DNA from: a virus
Taxonomy: Duplodnaviria > Caudoviricetes
DNA: 37,801 nucleotides
Strand: one strand, 5' to 3'
IMG/VR virus record: IMGVR_UViG_3300032303_002088
Coordinates: 1-37,801 of that record
Shown here in pieces: positions 7,710 to 16,456 of this stretch. The position numbers were made by a program, and so were the translations under genes. The notes under the pieces were generated by a model. It made no database searches. It was not told the DNA's origin and worked only from the letters and a program-made list of their open reading frames with translations. Numbering within the stretch: position 1 is the stretch's first letter; every line of letters begins with the position of its first letter.

Positions 7710-8112
7710 ATTTAATCAATTTTATTTTATGAAATTCAAATATTTCTTTAGATTGAATGTCCTTGTCGTATTCTTCTATATAAAGAACTTTTGATATATT
7801 GCTAGAAGCTATTAAATTTGCACAACTTGAACATGGTAAAAGTGTGACAGCTAATAGACCTGCTTTTGTAATATCTACATTTGATAATGCATTTACCTCC
7901 GCATGAATAATATACTTCCTTCTGTTATCCCTGTCAAGCCAAAATTTTTCATCTTTAGATTCTCCAGATCTTATGCCATTATATCCTACTCCTAAAACAC
8001 GACCTTTTGAATCTAAAACGCATGATCCAACTTTTTTATGAGGATCTTCAGATCTTCTTGAAGCTACAATAGCAATTTGCATCGCCATATCATCAAACGA
8101 TATTCTTTTCAT
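7690..8112 (-). CDS. dCMP deaminase (ComEB-like)
   Basis: RSED, VGSC, GYNG, HAEVNAL, PCSSC zinc motifs. Confidence 0.93.
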   Translation of the reverse strand: MKRISFDDMAMQIAIVASRRSEDPHKKVGSCVLDSKGRVLGVGYNGIRSGESKDEKFWLDRDNRRKYIIHAEVNALSNVDITKAGLLAVTLLPCSSCANLIASSNISKVLYIEEYDKDIQSKEIFEFHKIKLIKYDNCII

Positions 8113-8171
8113 TTATTTTTAAAAGATAATCCAATAAACACAAAAAATGATGCAATTAATGTTAATGTCAT
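8109..8171 (-). CDS. possible 20-aa hydrophobic peptide
   Basis: MTLTLIASFFVFIGLSFKNK; TGA overlaps the deaminase ATG; 7 nt after an AATAAT -10-like box. Confidence 0.35.
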   Translation of the reverse strand: MTLTLIASFFVFIGLSFKNK

Positions 8172-8230
8172 AATGAATATTATTGCATTTTTTTTGAAAA
8201 AAAGCAAGTTTATTCTATAATATATATATA

Positions 8231-8653
8231 ATGACAATATTGGATGCTGTAAATAAGCTTTTAAATTTTTACAATCAAAAAGACATATTCACTTTTGAAG
8301 AAGATTTTCAAAATACTATTTTTATTTCTGAAGATCCAAATTTAGATAAAATTGTTTTTATATTAGCTTTAGAAGATCTCGAAAAGAATGATATGGTTAA
8401 ATCTTATAAACAAGGTAAAAAAACTTTTTATGTTTTAAAAAAACCTTTAATAAGTTATGATCAAAATATAGTATTGTCTGGAGTTACAGCAACATTAATT
8501 AGCAAAGTAATTAACGATTTTTGTGATAAAATAAAAGATAAAAGAGATTATTGTGATCCTAAATCTATAAGTGAAAAAGATATAAGAAATTTAACATTTT
8601 TAGCTTCTATTGCAGATGTAAAAAATAATCAAAAACAAGAAAACATTGACTAA
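8231..8653 (+). CDS. hypothetical protein, possibly winged-helix-like
   Basis: 140 aa; ALEDLEKNDMVKS...KTFYVL pattern; TATAAT at 8216-8221. Confidence 0.7.
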   Translation: MTILDAVNKLLNFYNQKDIFTFEEDFQNTIFISEDPNLDKIVFILALEDLEKNDMVKSYKQGKKTFYVLKKPLISYDQNIVLSGVTATLISKVINDFCDKIKDKRDYCDPKSISEKDIRNLTFLASIADVKNNQKQENID

Positions 8654-8674
8654 TAGATAAATTTAGTTTATTAT
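8646..8674 (+). promoter_or_regulatory. sigma70 promoter (leaderless)
   Basis: TTGACT-N17-TATTAT, 7 nt before ATG 8682. Confidence 0.75.
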
Positions 8675-8681
8675 TGTATAA

Positions 8682-9275
8682 ATGCAAAATAAAATAATTG
8701 GGATTGCTGGATGTGCAAGGTCTGGCAAAGATACATTTTTTAATATACTAAAAAAGTATATACCAGAAGTAGAACAAATAGCTTTAGCTTATGAATTGAA
8801 AAAAGATTTAAATGATTTTGTTAAATCTAAAATTGGAATATCTGTATTTACTGATGAAACAAAAGATAAAACTCTTATTCGTGGACTTATGGTAGAATAT
8901 GGAAAAATCAAAAGACAACAAACTGAAGGTACATATTGGACATGTCTGGCTCAAAAGAAAATTAACGAAATTCTAAGAAGTGATAAAATTCCAGTTATTA
9001 CTGATATAAGATATGATATTTATCCTAAAGATGAATTTGATTGGTTAAAAAACGAAAATAATGGAATTTTAGTTCATATTACTAGATTGTTTGGTGATGA
9101 TGAAATCCCTCCAGCCAATGAAGAAGAGTCTATTAATAACGAAAAGTTAAGAACAAAAGCAGACTATTCAATTAAATGGAATACAGTAGAGTCAAATCAA
9201 AATCCTGTAGAAGATTCTAATTTGAATGAAGTAATAAAAGGATTTATTAAATATTATGATAAAACTAGAAAATAA
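8682..9275 (+). CDS. Deoxynucleoside monophosphate kinase
   Basis: IIGIAGCARSGKDT P-loop, VITDIRY, NGILVHITR. Confidence 0.85.
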   Translation: MQNKIIGIAGCARSGKDTFFNILKKYIPEVEQIALAYELKKDLNDFVKSKIGISVFTDETKDKTLIRGLMVEYGKIKRQQTEGTYWTCLAQKKINEILRSDKIPVITDIRYDIYPKDEFDWLKNENNGILVHITRLFGDDEIPPANEEESINNEKLRTKADYSIKWNTVESNQNPVEDSNLNEVIKGFIKYYDKTRK

Positions 9276-9858
9276 AACAGACGAATTTTTAATAAAAAGA
9301 ATTCAAAAAAAGAATTGTGATGATAGTCTTAAAATATTAATTAATCGTCATTCACCATTATGTTATAAAATATATAAAAAATATAATCCATCTTTCAATG
9401 TCAAGAATATAGATATCAATGAAATTTATCAACAAAAAGATTATATAATATATAAAACTGTTCTTTCTTTTAATTTTGAAAAGAAAGTAAAGTTTTCAAC
9501 ATGGCTAGGTAATCAAATAAGATATCAATGTCTTAACGCTATTAATAAAAAAGAAGATATTATATATATGGATGCGCCAGAGCTTCAATTTTTAATAGAT
9601 AAAAATCCTTTAGACACAAAAAATGAAAAATTAAATGAATTAAGAGATTATATAAATTCTTTACTTGAGCAATTAAAAGATATTAGAATTTGTAAAATAT
9701 TTCAAATGAGATATTTTGAAAAAGGATCTATTCAAACTTGGACAAAAATTGGTAAAAAAATGAATATGAGCACTCAAAATGCTATTAATTTACATAATAA
9801 AGGCGTACAAATATTAAAAAATAAATTGACAAGTAAGGATTTGTTTGATAAAATATAA
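9256..9858 (+). CDS. Phage sigma70-family factor (regions 2 and 4)
   Basis: SFNFEKKVKFSTWLGNQIRY region 2; IFQMRYF...TWTKIGKKMNMS HTH. Confidence 0.85.
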   Translation: MIKLENKTDEFLIKRIQKKNCDDSLKILINRHSPLCYKIYKKYNPSFNVKNIDINEIYQQKDYIIYKTVLSFNFEKKVKFSTWLGNQIRYQCLNAINKKEDIIYMDAPELQFLIDKNPLDTKNEKLNELRDYINSLLEQLKDIRICKIFQMRYFEKGSIQTWTKIGKKMNMSTQNAINLHNKGVQILKNKLTSKDLFDKI

Positions 9859-9868
9859 AAATAAGGAG
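9826..9868 (+). promoter_or_regulatory. sigma70 promoter followed by an SD-like sequence
   Basis: TTGACA-N17-TAAAAT, then AAGGAG at 9863-9868 (far from ATG 9886). Confidence 0.75.
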
Positions 9869-9885
9869 ATACTAAAAAAAATAAA

Positions 9886-10182
9886 ATGAGCGAAACAAAT
9901 AATAAAACTGATTGGTCTAAGCGTGAGCTTGGAGCATTGTGGAAAAAGAAGAGTACCACTCAAACCTATTTGACTGGACATCTATCTTTTGAAGATGGTG
10001 AGCGTATCAATGTAGTCGTATTCTCTAATAAGAATAAGAAGAATGATAAAGCTCCAGACTTTCGTATTTATGTTTCTGAGCAAAAGCCACAAGCTAATGC
10101 TTCAGTTGCATCAACACAGAAGAAGGTCGTAAAAACTCCAGTAAAAGCAGTTGTTCAAGAAGAAGACGAAGATATTCTGTGA
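9886..10182 (+). CDS. DUF736-like, putative ssDNA-binding protein
   Basis: GALWKK, YLTG, KAPDFRIY; acidic tail EEDEDIL. Confidence 0.7.
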   Translation: MSETNNKTDWSKRELGALWKKKSTTQTYLTGHLSFEDGERINVVVFSNKNKKNDKAPDFRIYVSEQKPQANASVASTQKKVVKTPVKAVVQEEDEDIL

Positions 10183-11264
10183 GTAAAAATCTTGCATTAC
10201 ATTTACCTGTCAATGCAGTAAGTTTTGGGCAGGTTTCAGTTGGCATCTTAAGAGAAATCTATAAGAGAAAATTGGAACCTTGCCTATTCTTAATTGGTGG
10301 ACAAGCAGACTTATCAGTACATAATGTGGATAAGGATTTTGCAGATTGGCTTAAATCATGCGCTGATAAATCTTTAAAAGATCATAGAAGATCAAATCCA
10401 ATATTTAAACTTTGGCATATTAATGGATCTTTTGAAACTTTTAGTGATAAACAATATTTATTAACTTTTTACGAACTAGATTCTCCAACTCCAGAAGAAA
10501 TAAATATTCTTAAAAATAACCATAAGGTTTTTGTAAGTTCTGAATATTCAAAAAATGTATTTCAAGATAATGGTGTAGAAAATGTAGAGTATCTACCATT
10601 AGCTTTTGATACGAATAATTTTTCTGTAAAAGAAAATAAATTCTTTAAAGATAGAATTACTTTTAATATTGTAGGTAAACTTGAAAAAAGAAAGCACCAT
10701 GCAAAAATTATACAATCTTGGCTTTCAAAATATGGAAATAATAGAGATTATTTCTTAAATTGTTCTATTTTTAATCCTTTTATCAAGCAAGAAGATCAAC
10801 AACAATTAATCAATAATATATTGCAAGGACAAAAGTTCTTTAATATAAATTTCTTAGGATTTATGCCTAGCAATCAAATTTATAATGATTATCTAAATTC
10901 TGGTGATATTGTAATTGGAATGAGTGGTGCAGAAGGATGGGGATTGCCAGAGTTTAATAGTCTATGTTTAGGTAAACATGCAATTATTTTAAATGCTCAT
11001 GCTTATAAAGGTTGGGCAAATGAAAAGAATTCTGTTCTAGTAAATCCAACTGGAAAAATTGAATGTTATGACAATATGTTCTTTAGAAAAGGATCACAAT
11101 TTAATCAAGGCAATATTTTTGATTTTGATCATGTAGATTTCCTTAATGCTTGTGATAAAGCTATTCAAAAAGTCAAAACCGACAGAGTTAATAAATCTGG
11201 TTTAGAATTGCAAAAGAAATTTACTTTTGAAAAAATGGTAGATTCAATACTAGAATATATTTGA
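10179..11264 (+). CDS. Glycosyltransferase, GT-B/GT4 family
   Basis: VGKLEKRK and EGWGLPEFNSLCLG motifs. Confidence 0.88.
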   Translation: MSKNLALHLPVNAVSFGQVSVGILREIYKRKLEPCLFLIGGQADLSVHNVDKDFADWLKSCADKSLKDHRRSNPIFKLWHINGSFETFSDKQYLLTFYELDSPTPEEINILKNNHKVFVSSEYSKNVFQDNGVENVEYLPLAFDTNNFSVKENKFFKDRITFNIVGKLEKRKHHAKIIQSWLSKYGNNRDYFLNCSIFNPFIKQEDQQQLINNILQGQKFFNINFLGFMPSNQIYNDYLNSGDIVIGMSGAEGWGLPEFNSLCLGKHAIILNAHAYKGWANEKNSVLVNPTGKIECYDNMFFRKGSQFNQGNIFDFDHVDFLNACDKAIQKVKTDRVNKSGLELQKKFTFEKMVDSILEYI

Positions 11265-11617
11265 TGCCAGAATACTTATATCAACATCCAGAAACTGAAG
11301 AAATCATAAGTATAATCCAAAGTATTCATGATGCTCATGAATATATTGATTCCAAAGGTATAAAATGGAATCGTATATATACTATACCTCAAATGGGAAT
11401 TGACACTAAAATGGATGCATCTATGGATTCTAAAAAATTTGCTGAAATGACTGGCAATAAAAAAGGTACTATGGGTGATTTATTTGATCAAAGTAAAGAG
11501 TTATCAGAAGCCCGTAAAAAAATGCATGGTGGAAAAGATCCAGTAAAACAAAAATATTGGGCAGACTGGAGTAAAAAACGAAAAGGTAAGAAACATCCTG
11601 AGATGTTTAAAGACTAA
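11264..11617 (+). CDS. FmdB-like N-terminal ribbon protein lacking Cys
   Basis: MPEYLYQHPETEE resembles MPxYxYxCxxCG without the Zn ligands. Confidence 0.65.
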   Translation: MPEYLYQHPETEEIISIIQSIHDAHEYIDSKGIKWNRIYTIPQMGIDTKMDASMDSKKFAEMTGNKKGTMGDLFDQSKELSEARKKMHGGKDPVKQKYWADWSKKRKGKKHPEMFKD

Positions 11618-11638
11618 TTAAAAATTGTTTAAATTAAA

Positions 11639-11902
11639 TTAAACAAAATTCAATTCAAGTTCTAAAGGATTTACTGGTTGACCTCTATCAAATCTTTTGA
11701 TAAAGTTTGTTCCTTTAGTTGGCATATTAGCTACATAAGATTTTTTATTTTTTAATGAAATCTTAATATGGTCTGCTAATACAGATATAGAGTCTAGATT
11801 TTTAATGCTAGATTTTAATGATCTTGCTATAGCACAACCTTGAGGATCAGCTAATGTACCTTCTTGTATATTTTTATTTGTTATCTTGATTCTTTTTTTC
11901 AT
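11639..11902 (-). CDS. hypothetical protein
   Basis: 87 aa, DPQGCAIARSL. Confidence 0.7.
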   Translation of the reverse strand: MKKRIKITNKNIQEGTLADPQGCAIARSLKSSIKNLDSISVLADHIKISLKNKKSYVANMPTKGTNFIKRFDRGQPVNPLELELNFV

Positions 11903-12539
11903 CTTTTATTTCTTCTATAGAATATTCATAACTATCACTATCTTCGGTAATCCATTTGGGACTATTTTCAACAGTATAAATATGAGTATTGACTTTTCTT
12001 TTTAATAGAAGCTCGTTTGGTTTTGTGGCAAAACTAGGATCAAATACTTTAATTCGATTATTTGGTTGGATTGCATAATTTCCATTATCTAATTCTATTA
12101 CATGTCCACTTTTATGTTGATCTGGTTGCTCGCTAAATCCAAAATTTAATTCATTATAATCACTATGCGCCCAATCAAGAGTAAATAAATATCTACCATA
12201 ATATTCTTTACCAGTTCTTCCAGTATATTTAATTTTTTTATTTTGCAAAACATAAAATTTTGTAACTGCCACATGATAACTAAAACTATCCCATAACTCA
12301 AGTTCATCTAAATTTTGTTCTGGAGTATTTTCTTTTTTACAAAATGCACTTATTGGTGCATGCCACCAAATTCCACCATCTTCCATTAAAAAATTAAAAA
12401 GAGGAACTTGACTTGGAATACTCGTTAATCCAAAAATTAAACATTTATAATATTTATCATGACTATCTTCTTGATTTCTTAAGTAATTACCTCGAACAAA
12501 ACATTCGATTGTAGGTATATTTGTATTTAAAAAAGCCAT
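11874..12539 (-). CDS. Conserved phage protein of unknown function
   Basis: LELWD, YLFTLDW, QHK, NGNYAIQPNNR; type recalled from aquatic phages. Confidence 0.8.
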   Translation of the reverse strand: MAFLNTNIPTIECFVRGNYLRNQEDSHDKYYKCLIFGLTSIPSQVPLFNFLMEDGGIWWHAPISAFCKKENTPEQNLDELELWDSFSYHVAVTKFYVLQNKKIKYTGRTGKEYYGRYLFTLDWAHSDYNELNFGFSEQPDQHKSGHVIELDNGNYAIQPNNRIKVFDPSFATKPNELLLKRKVNTHIYTVENSPKWITEDSDSYEYSIEEIKDEKKNQDNK

Positions 12540-12550
12540 CGTTAATTTAT

Positions 12551-12577
12551 TTACACATTAATTGATAATCTGTGTAA
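12551..12577. promoter_or_regulatory. Divergent pair of GTGTAA motifs
   Basis: TTACAC 12551-12556 (minus, 11 nt before ATG 12539) and GTGTAA 12572-12577 (plus, before phoH). Confidence 0.6.
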
Positions 12578-12594
12578 ATTATAGAGTAAGTATA

Positions 12595-13332
12595 ATGTCT
12601 AAAAAACATAAACAAAAAGAAGATAAATCGGTTTGTATTCCTCAAAGAGATAAAATTGACGGATTTTTAGATATTCGAGAATTAACATGGACAGATAATC
12701 AAAAAAAATTTATTCAATTATTACAAGATAAAAATACTAAAATGGTATTTTGTAAAGGCCCAGCAGGAACAGCAAAGAGTTTGCTTTCAGTTTATGCAGC
12801 TTTAAATGCTATCAATAGCAAAAAGATTGGTGAAATATTTTATATTCGTAACCCAGTAGAGAGCTCTTCTCATAACCTTGGGTTCCTTAAAGGTGACTTA
12901 CATAGTAAACTTGATCCTTATCTTCAGCCATTAATGGATAAACTACATGAATTATTACCAAAGAGTCAAGTAGAAATGCTTTTAAAACAGGAAAGGGTAA
13001 AAGGCTTGCCAGTTGGATTTTTAAGAGGTTTAAGTATTAATGCTAGTTATATTATATGTGATGAAGCTCAAAATTTAAGCGTTCATGACTTATTGCTTAT
13101 TACTACTAGAATGGGTAAATTTAGTAAATTAATATTAATTGGAGATATTCGTCAATCTGACATTAAAAATAGTGGATTTGAAGCAACTTATAATTTATTT
13201 GATAATAAGAAAAGCGCTGATAAAGGTATATATACTTTTAAATTTGGTACAGAAGATATTATGAGAAATGATATATTAGCTTATATTATTGAAAAATTTG
13301 AAGAACTATCTGATACACGAAAACAAAAATAA
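12595..13332 (+). CDS. phoH: PhoH-family ATPase
   Basis: GPAGTAKS, LGFLKG, FLRGLS, ICDEAQN, TRMG, GDIRQSD; ATG 12595 preferred over TTG 12562. Confidence 0.93.
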   Translation: MSKKHKQKEDKSVCIPQRDKIDGFLDIRELTWTDNQKKFIQLLQDKNTKMVFCKGPAGTAKSLLSVYAALNAINSKKIGEIFYIRNPVESSSHNLGFLKGDLHSKLDPYLQPLMDKLHELLPKSQVEMLLKQERVKGLPVGFLRGLSINASYIICDEAQNLSVHDLLLITTRMGKFSKLILIGDIRQSDIKNSGFEATYNLFDNKKSADKGIYTFKFGTEDIMRNDILAYIIEKFEELSDTRKQK

Positions 13333-13369
13333 GTAGAAATACATACATATTGATTGTATAATTTAGGAT

Positions 13370-13771
13370 ATGCCAAAGATATATTGTAGCAATTGTGGTA
13401 ATCCAATACAGTTTTCAGATGTAAAACCAAATTTTTGCCAAAAATGTGGAACTAATTTATCTGGAGTAAAACAACAAAATGTTGCTAAAAATGCTCAAGA
13501 AATTGAAATAGTAGAAATACGAAAACCTTTAAATAATTTGAATAATTTAAATTGGGATATTGAAATAGAAAAACCAAAAGGCATAAAATTAAAAGATCTT
13601 GCAAAAGGTGAAAAACAAAATCTTGAATCAAGAAATAATGATGAAAATCTTTCTAAAGAAGAATTCTTAAAACAATTTCAAAAAGAAGCAGGAACCTTAC
13701 GCAGGGGTAATCAAAATTACCAAGCTTCTGATGATGACGATGATGCTTATGATGAAGCAGAAGATGCGTGA
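13370..13771 (+). CDS. Zinc-ribbon protein with acidic tail
   Basis: YCSNCG and FCQKCG; TG-TATAAT 7 nt upstream. Confidence 0.8.
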   Translation: MPKIYCSNCGNPIQFSDVKPNFCQKCGTNLSGVKQQNVAKNAQEIEIVEIRKPLNNLNNLNWDIEIEKPKGIKLKDLAKGEKQNLESRNNDENLSKEEFLKQFQKEAGTLRRGNQNYQASDDDDDAYDEAEDA

Positions 13772-14445
13772 AAAAACCAACATTTGAAAATAAGTTTCAA
13801 GAAATAAATATTGAAATCTACAAACGAAAGCATAAGTGGAATTTAACTTCGCTTGCTTGGATGGATTTTGATGATGTAGCTCAAATATTAAGAATACATA
13901 TTCATAAAAAATGGAATATGTACGATCCAAAACAACCCCTCGCCCCGTGGATTAATAGAATAGTTAGTAATCAAATAAAAAATTTAATTCGTAATAATTA
14001 TGGAAATTATTCGAGACCATGTCTTAAATGTGCTGCTGCAGAAGATGATGAACATTGTAATATTTATACAAAACAATGCAACGCTTGTCCACTTTATGCA
14101 GCTTGGGAAAAAAATAAAAAAAATGCACATGATACTAAATTACCATTAGCATTAGAAAATCATACAAAAGAAGTGCATGAAATGCAAGATGGCAAAGTAA
14201 ATATTGAAGAGAGCGCAAAAAATATACATCGTAAAATGCAACAAATTTTAAAACCAACTGAATGGAAAGTTTATCAAATGCTTTATATAGAACATAAAGA
14301 TGAAGATCAAGTCGCATCAAATATGGGATATAAAACAAATGAAAAGAATCGTGCTCCAGGATACAAGCAAGTGCAAAATATTAAAAAAGCTATAATGATT
14401 AAAGTGAAAAAATATATTTATAGTGATGAAATTGATATTCTATGA
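13768..14445 (+). CDS. Sigma-factor-like protein with Cys-rich insertion
   Basis: DDVAQ...YDPKQPLAPWINRIVSNQIKNLIR region-2-like; insert PCLKC...HC...QCNAC; C-terminal HTH-like segment. Confidence 0.7.
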   Translation: MKKPTFENKFQEINIEIYKRKHKWNLTSLAWMDFDDVAQILRIHIHKKWNMYDPKQPLAPWINRIVSNQIKNLIRNNYGNYSRPCLKCAAAEDDEHCNIYTKQCNACPLYAAWEKNKKNAHDTKLPLALENHTKEVHEMQDGKVNIEESAKNIHRKMQQILKPTEWKVYQMLYIEHKDEDQVASNMGYKTNEKNRAPGYKQVQNIKKAIMIKVKKYIYSDEIDIL

Positions 14446-15521
14446 ACGAAATAATTTTAACAGATGAGCATAAAAAGAAAATTTTAGATGAATGGAATTC
14501 TCGCCCTTCTAATCCGCCTTCTTTGGCTGAATTAACAAAATTAATTTTTGGAGAAGGATTTGATGGTAGAAGTCAACAAGGAAAATTAATTAAAAATTAT
14601 CTTGCTTCTAGACAGATTGTCCCAAAGAAAAGCCATGAGTATGAAGCTAAAGGTTTAATAGATCTTACTGATGAACAAAAAGAGTATGTAAGTAATAATT
14701 GCCCTACAATGACAGCTGTAGAAATAGCAAAAATTATATTTAAAAATAATGATTTAACAAATTTAAATCAAGAAACAAGAAGTGTGGGAGAATATATTAA
14801 AACTCTTGATACTAAAGTTGTATATTCAAATCCTAATGAAATCCCAGAAGGAGATTATAAACCACCTACAACTCAAAATAGATGTTTAGCTAGAATTAAT
14901 AAATATGTACATGAAGGAATAGATGAGACAAAATTAACAGGTAAACAAAAAAGAGATATACAATCTTTAATTGGATATTTACATACTTATCGTTTTCTTC
15001 ATCAAATTAATACTTATCAAGATCAAAGTGAAAGAGAGCTTTTTGAAAGTAGTTTTATAAGATATACTTATGATAAAAATGATCTTACACAAGAGGAAGT
15101 AGATCAATACATAGTATTAGCTACAGAAGTAGTCATCTCGTCTAATATTCAAGGCACAATCCAAGCATTACAATTACAACTAGATGCTGCCGTTGATTCT
15201 GGCGAAAAAATATCTATGTCACTTGTAGAAGCTATCAGTACAGCTAGAAATGAATATAATCAAAGTGTCGGTCGTCAACAAAAACTTTTAAGTGATTTAA
15301 AAGTTAAAAGAAGCGAGAGACTAAGCAAGCAAGTAAAAGAAAATGCTTCTATTTTAAATCTTGTTGAATTGTGGAAAGAAGAAGAAAGTAGAAAAGAAAT
15401 GATAAGACTTGCAGAGATGAGAAAAGAATTACTAGCTAAAGAAGTAGATAGATTATCTACTATAGATGAAATTAAAGCTAGAATTATGGGAATCTCTAAA
15501 GATGAAGTCTTGAACGGATGA
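14442..15521 (+). CDS. hypothetical HTH/coiled-coil protein (terminase small subunit candidate)
   Basis: 359 aa in the packaging operon; function inferred from position only. Confidence 0.6.
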   Translation: MNEIILTDEHKKKILDEWNSRPSNPPSLAELTKLIFGEGFDGRSQQGKLIKNYLASRQIVPKKSHEYEAKGLIDLTDEQKEYVSNNCPTMTAVEIAKIIFKNNDLTNLNQETRSVGEYIKTLDTKVVYSNPNEIPEGDYKPPTTQNRCLARINKYVHEGIDETKLTGKQKRDIQSLIGYLHTYRFLHQINTYQDQSERELFESSFIRYTYDKNDLTQEEVDQYIVLATEVVISSNIQGTIQALQLQLDAAVDSGEKISMSLVEAISTARNEYNQSVGRQQKLLSDLKVKRSERLSKQVKENASILNLVELWKEEESRKEMIRLAEMRKELLAKEVDRLSTIDEIKARIMGISKDEVLNG

Positions 15522-15522
15522 A

Positions 15523-16455
15523 ATGCAAATTGAATGTAAAGTATGTAAAGAATTATTTCAAGCAGATAAATTTTTACATCTGCATTTAAAAACTCATAAA
15601 ATAACAACCGCAGAATATTATCAAAAATATTATCCTAGATATGATTTACAATCTGGAGATATGATTAATTTTAAAAATAAAGATCAATATTTTACTGACG
15701 ATTTTAACAATAAGAATCATCTTAAATCCTACGTTAAAAATCTTGAACCAGAAAAATTAGAAGAATTTTTAACAAATTTATTAATAAAAAGAAAAGATAA
15801 AAAAGAGTTAATATATTCTCCTTCTCAAGTCGAACTTAGATCTTTAATAATGCCTTCGATTGTTACTTTTAATAAATATAAATTAAATTATTATGATATT
15901 TGTTATAAAATAGGATTTAAAAATAAATTTCAAAATTACAATGGAGAAGAATTAAAATTTGAAGAATCTGAAAGATATCAAATAATGGTTGATACCAGAG
16001 AGCAAAATCCACTTAGATTTAAATATCAACAACAAATTGTTAAATTAGATTTTGGTGATTATACATTAAATGATTTAGAAAAATGTTGTTTTACAGCTGT
16101 TGAAAGAAAAAATCTTTCTGACTTTATAGGAACAATGAGTGCTGGTTATGATCGATTTAATAATGAGATAGAAAGGGCTAAAAACGCTAACTATTACTTA
16201 GTAGTACTTATTGAAGAGTCTATTAATGATGCACTTTCTTTTAATTATTTACCTCATATATCTAAAAAAATAAAAGCTACTCCAGAATTTATATTTCATA
16301 GAGTACGAGAATTAAATCAAAAATATGATAATATTCAATTTGTTTTTGCTGATGGTAGAAAAAAAGCTTCTGAATTATTAGTTAAAATATTAACTGGTAA
16401 TTGCTTTCATAAGAAATATGATTTGCAATTATTAATTGATTTGGGTATAATTTAG
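15523..16455 (+). CDS. C2H2 Zn-finger plus ERCC4-type nuclease
   Basis: CKVC...HLKTH; VDTREQ, GDY, VERK. Confidence 0.85.
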   Translation: MQIECKVCKELFQADKFLHLHLKTHKITTAEYYQKYYPRYDLQSGDMINFKNKDQYFTDDFNNKNHLKSYVKNLEPEKLEEFLTNLLIKRKDKKELIYSPSQVELRSLIMPSIVTFNKYKLNYYDICYKIGFKNKFQNYNGEELKFEESERYQIMVDTREQNPLRFKYQQQIVKLDFGDYTLNDLEKCCFTAVERKNLSDFIGTMSAGYDRFNNEIERAKNANYYLVVLIEESINDALSFNYLPHISKKIKATPEFIFHRVRELNQKYDNIQFVFADGRKKASELLVKILTGNCFHKKYDLQLLIDLGII

Positions 16456-16456
16456 T

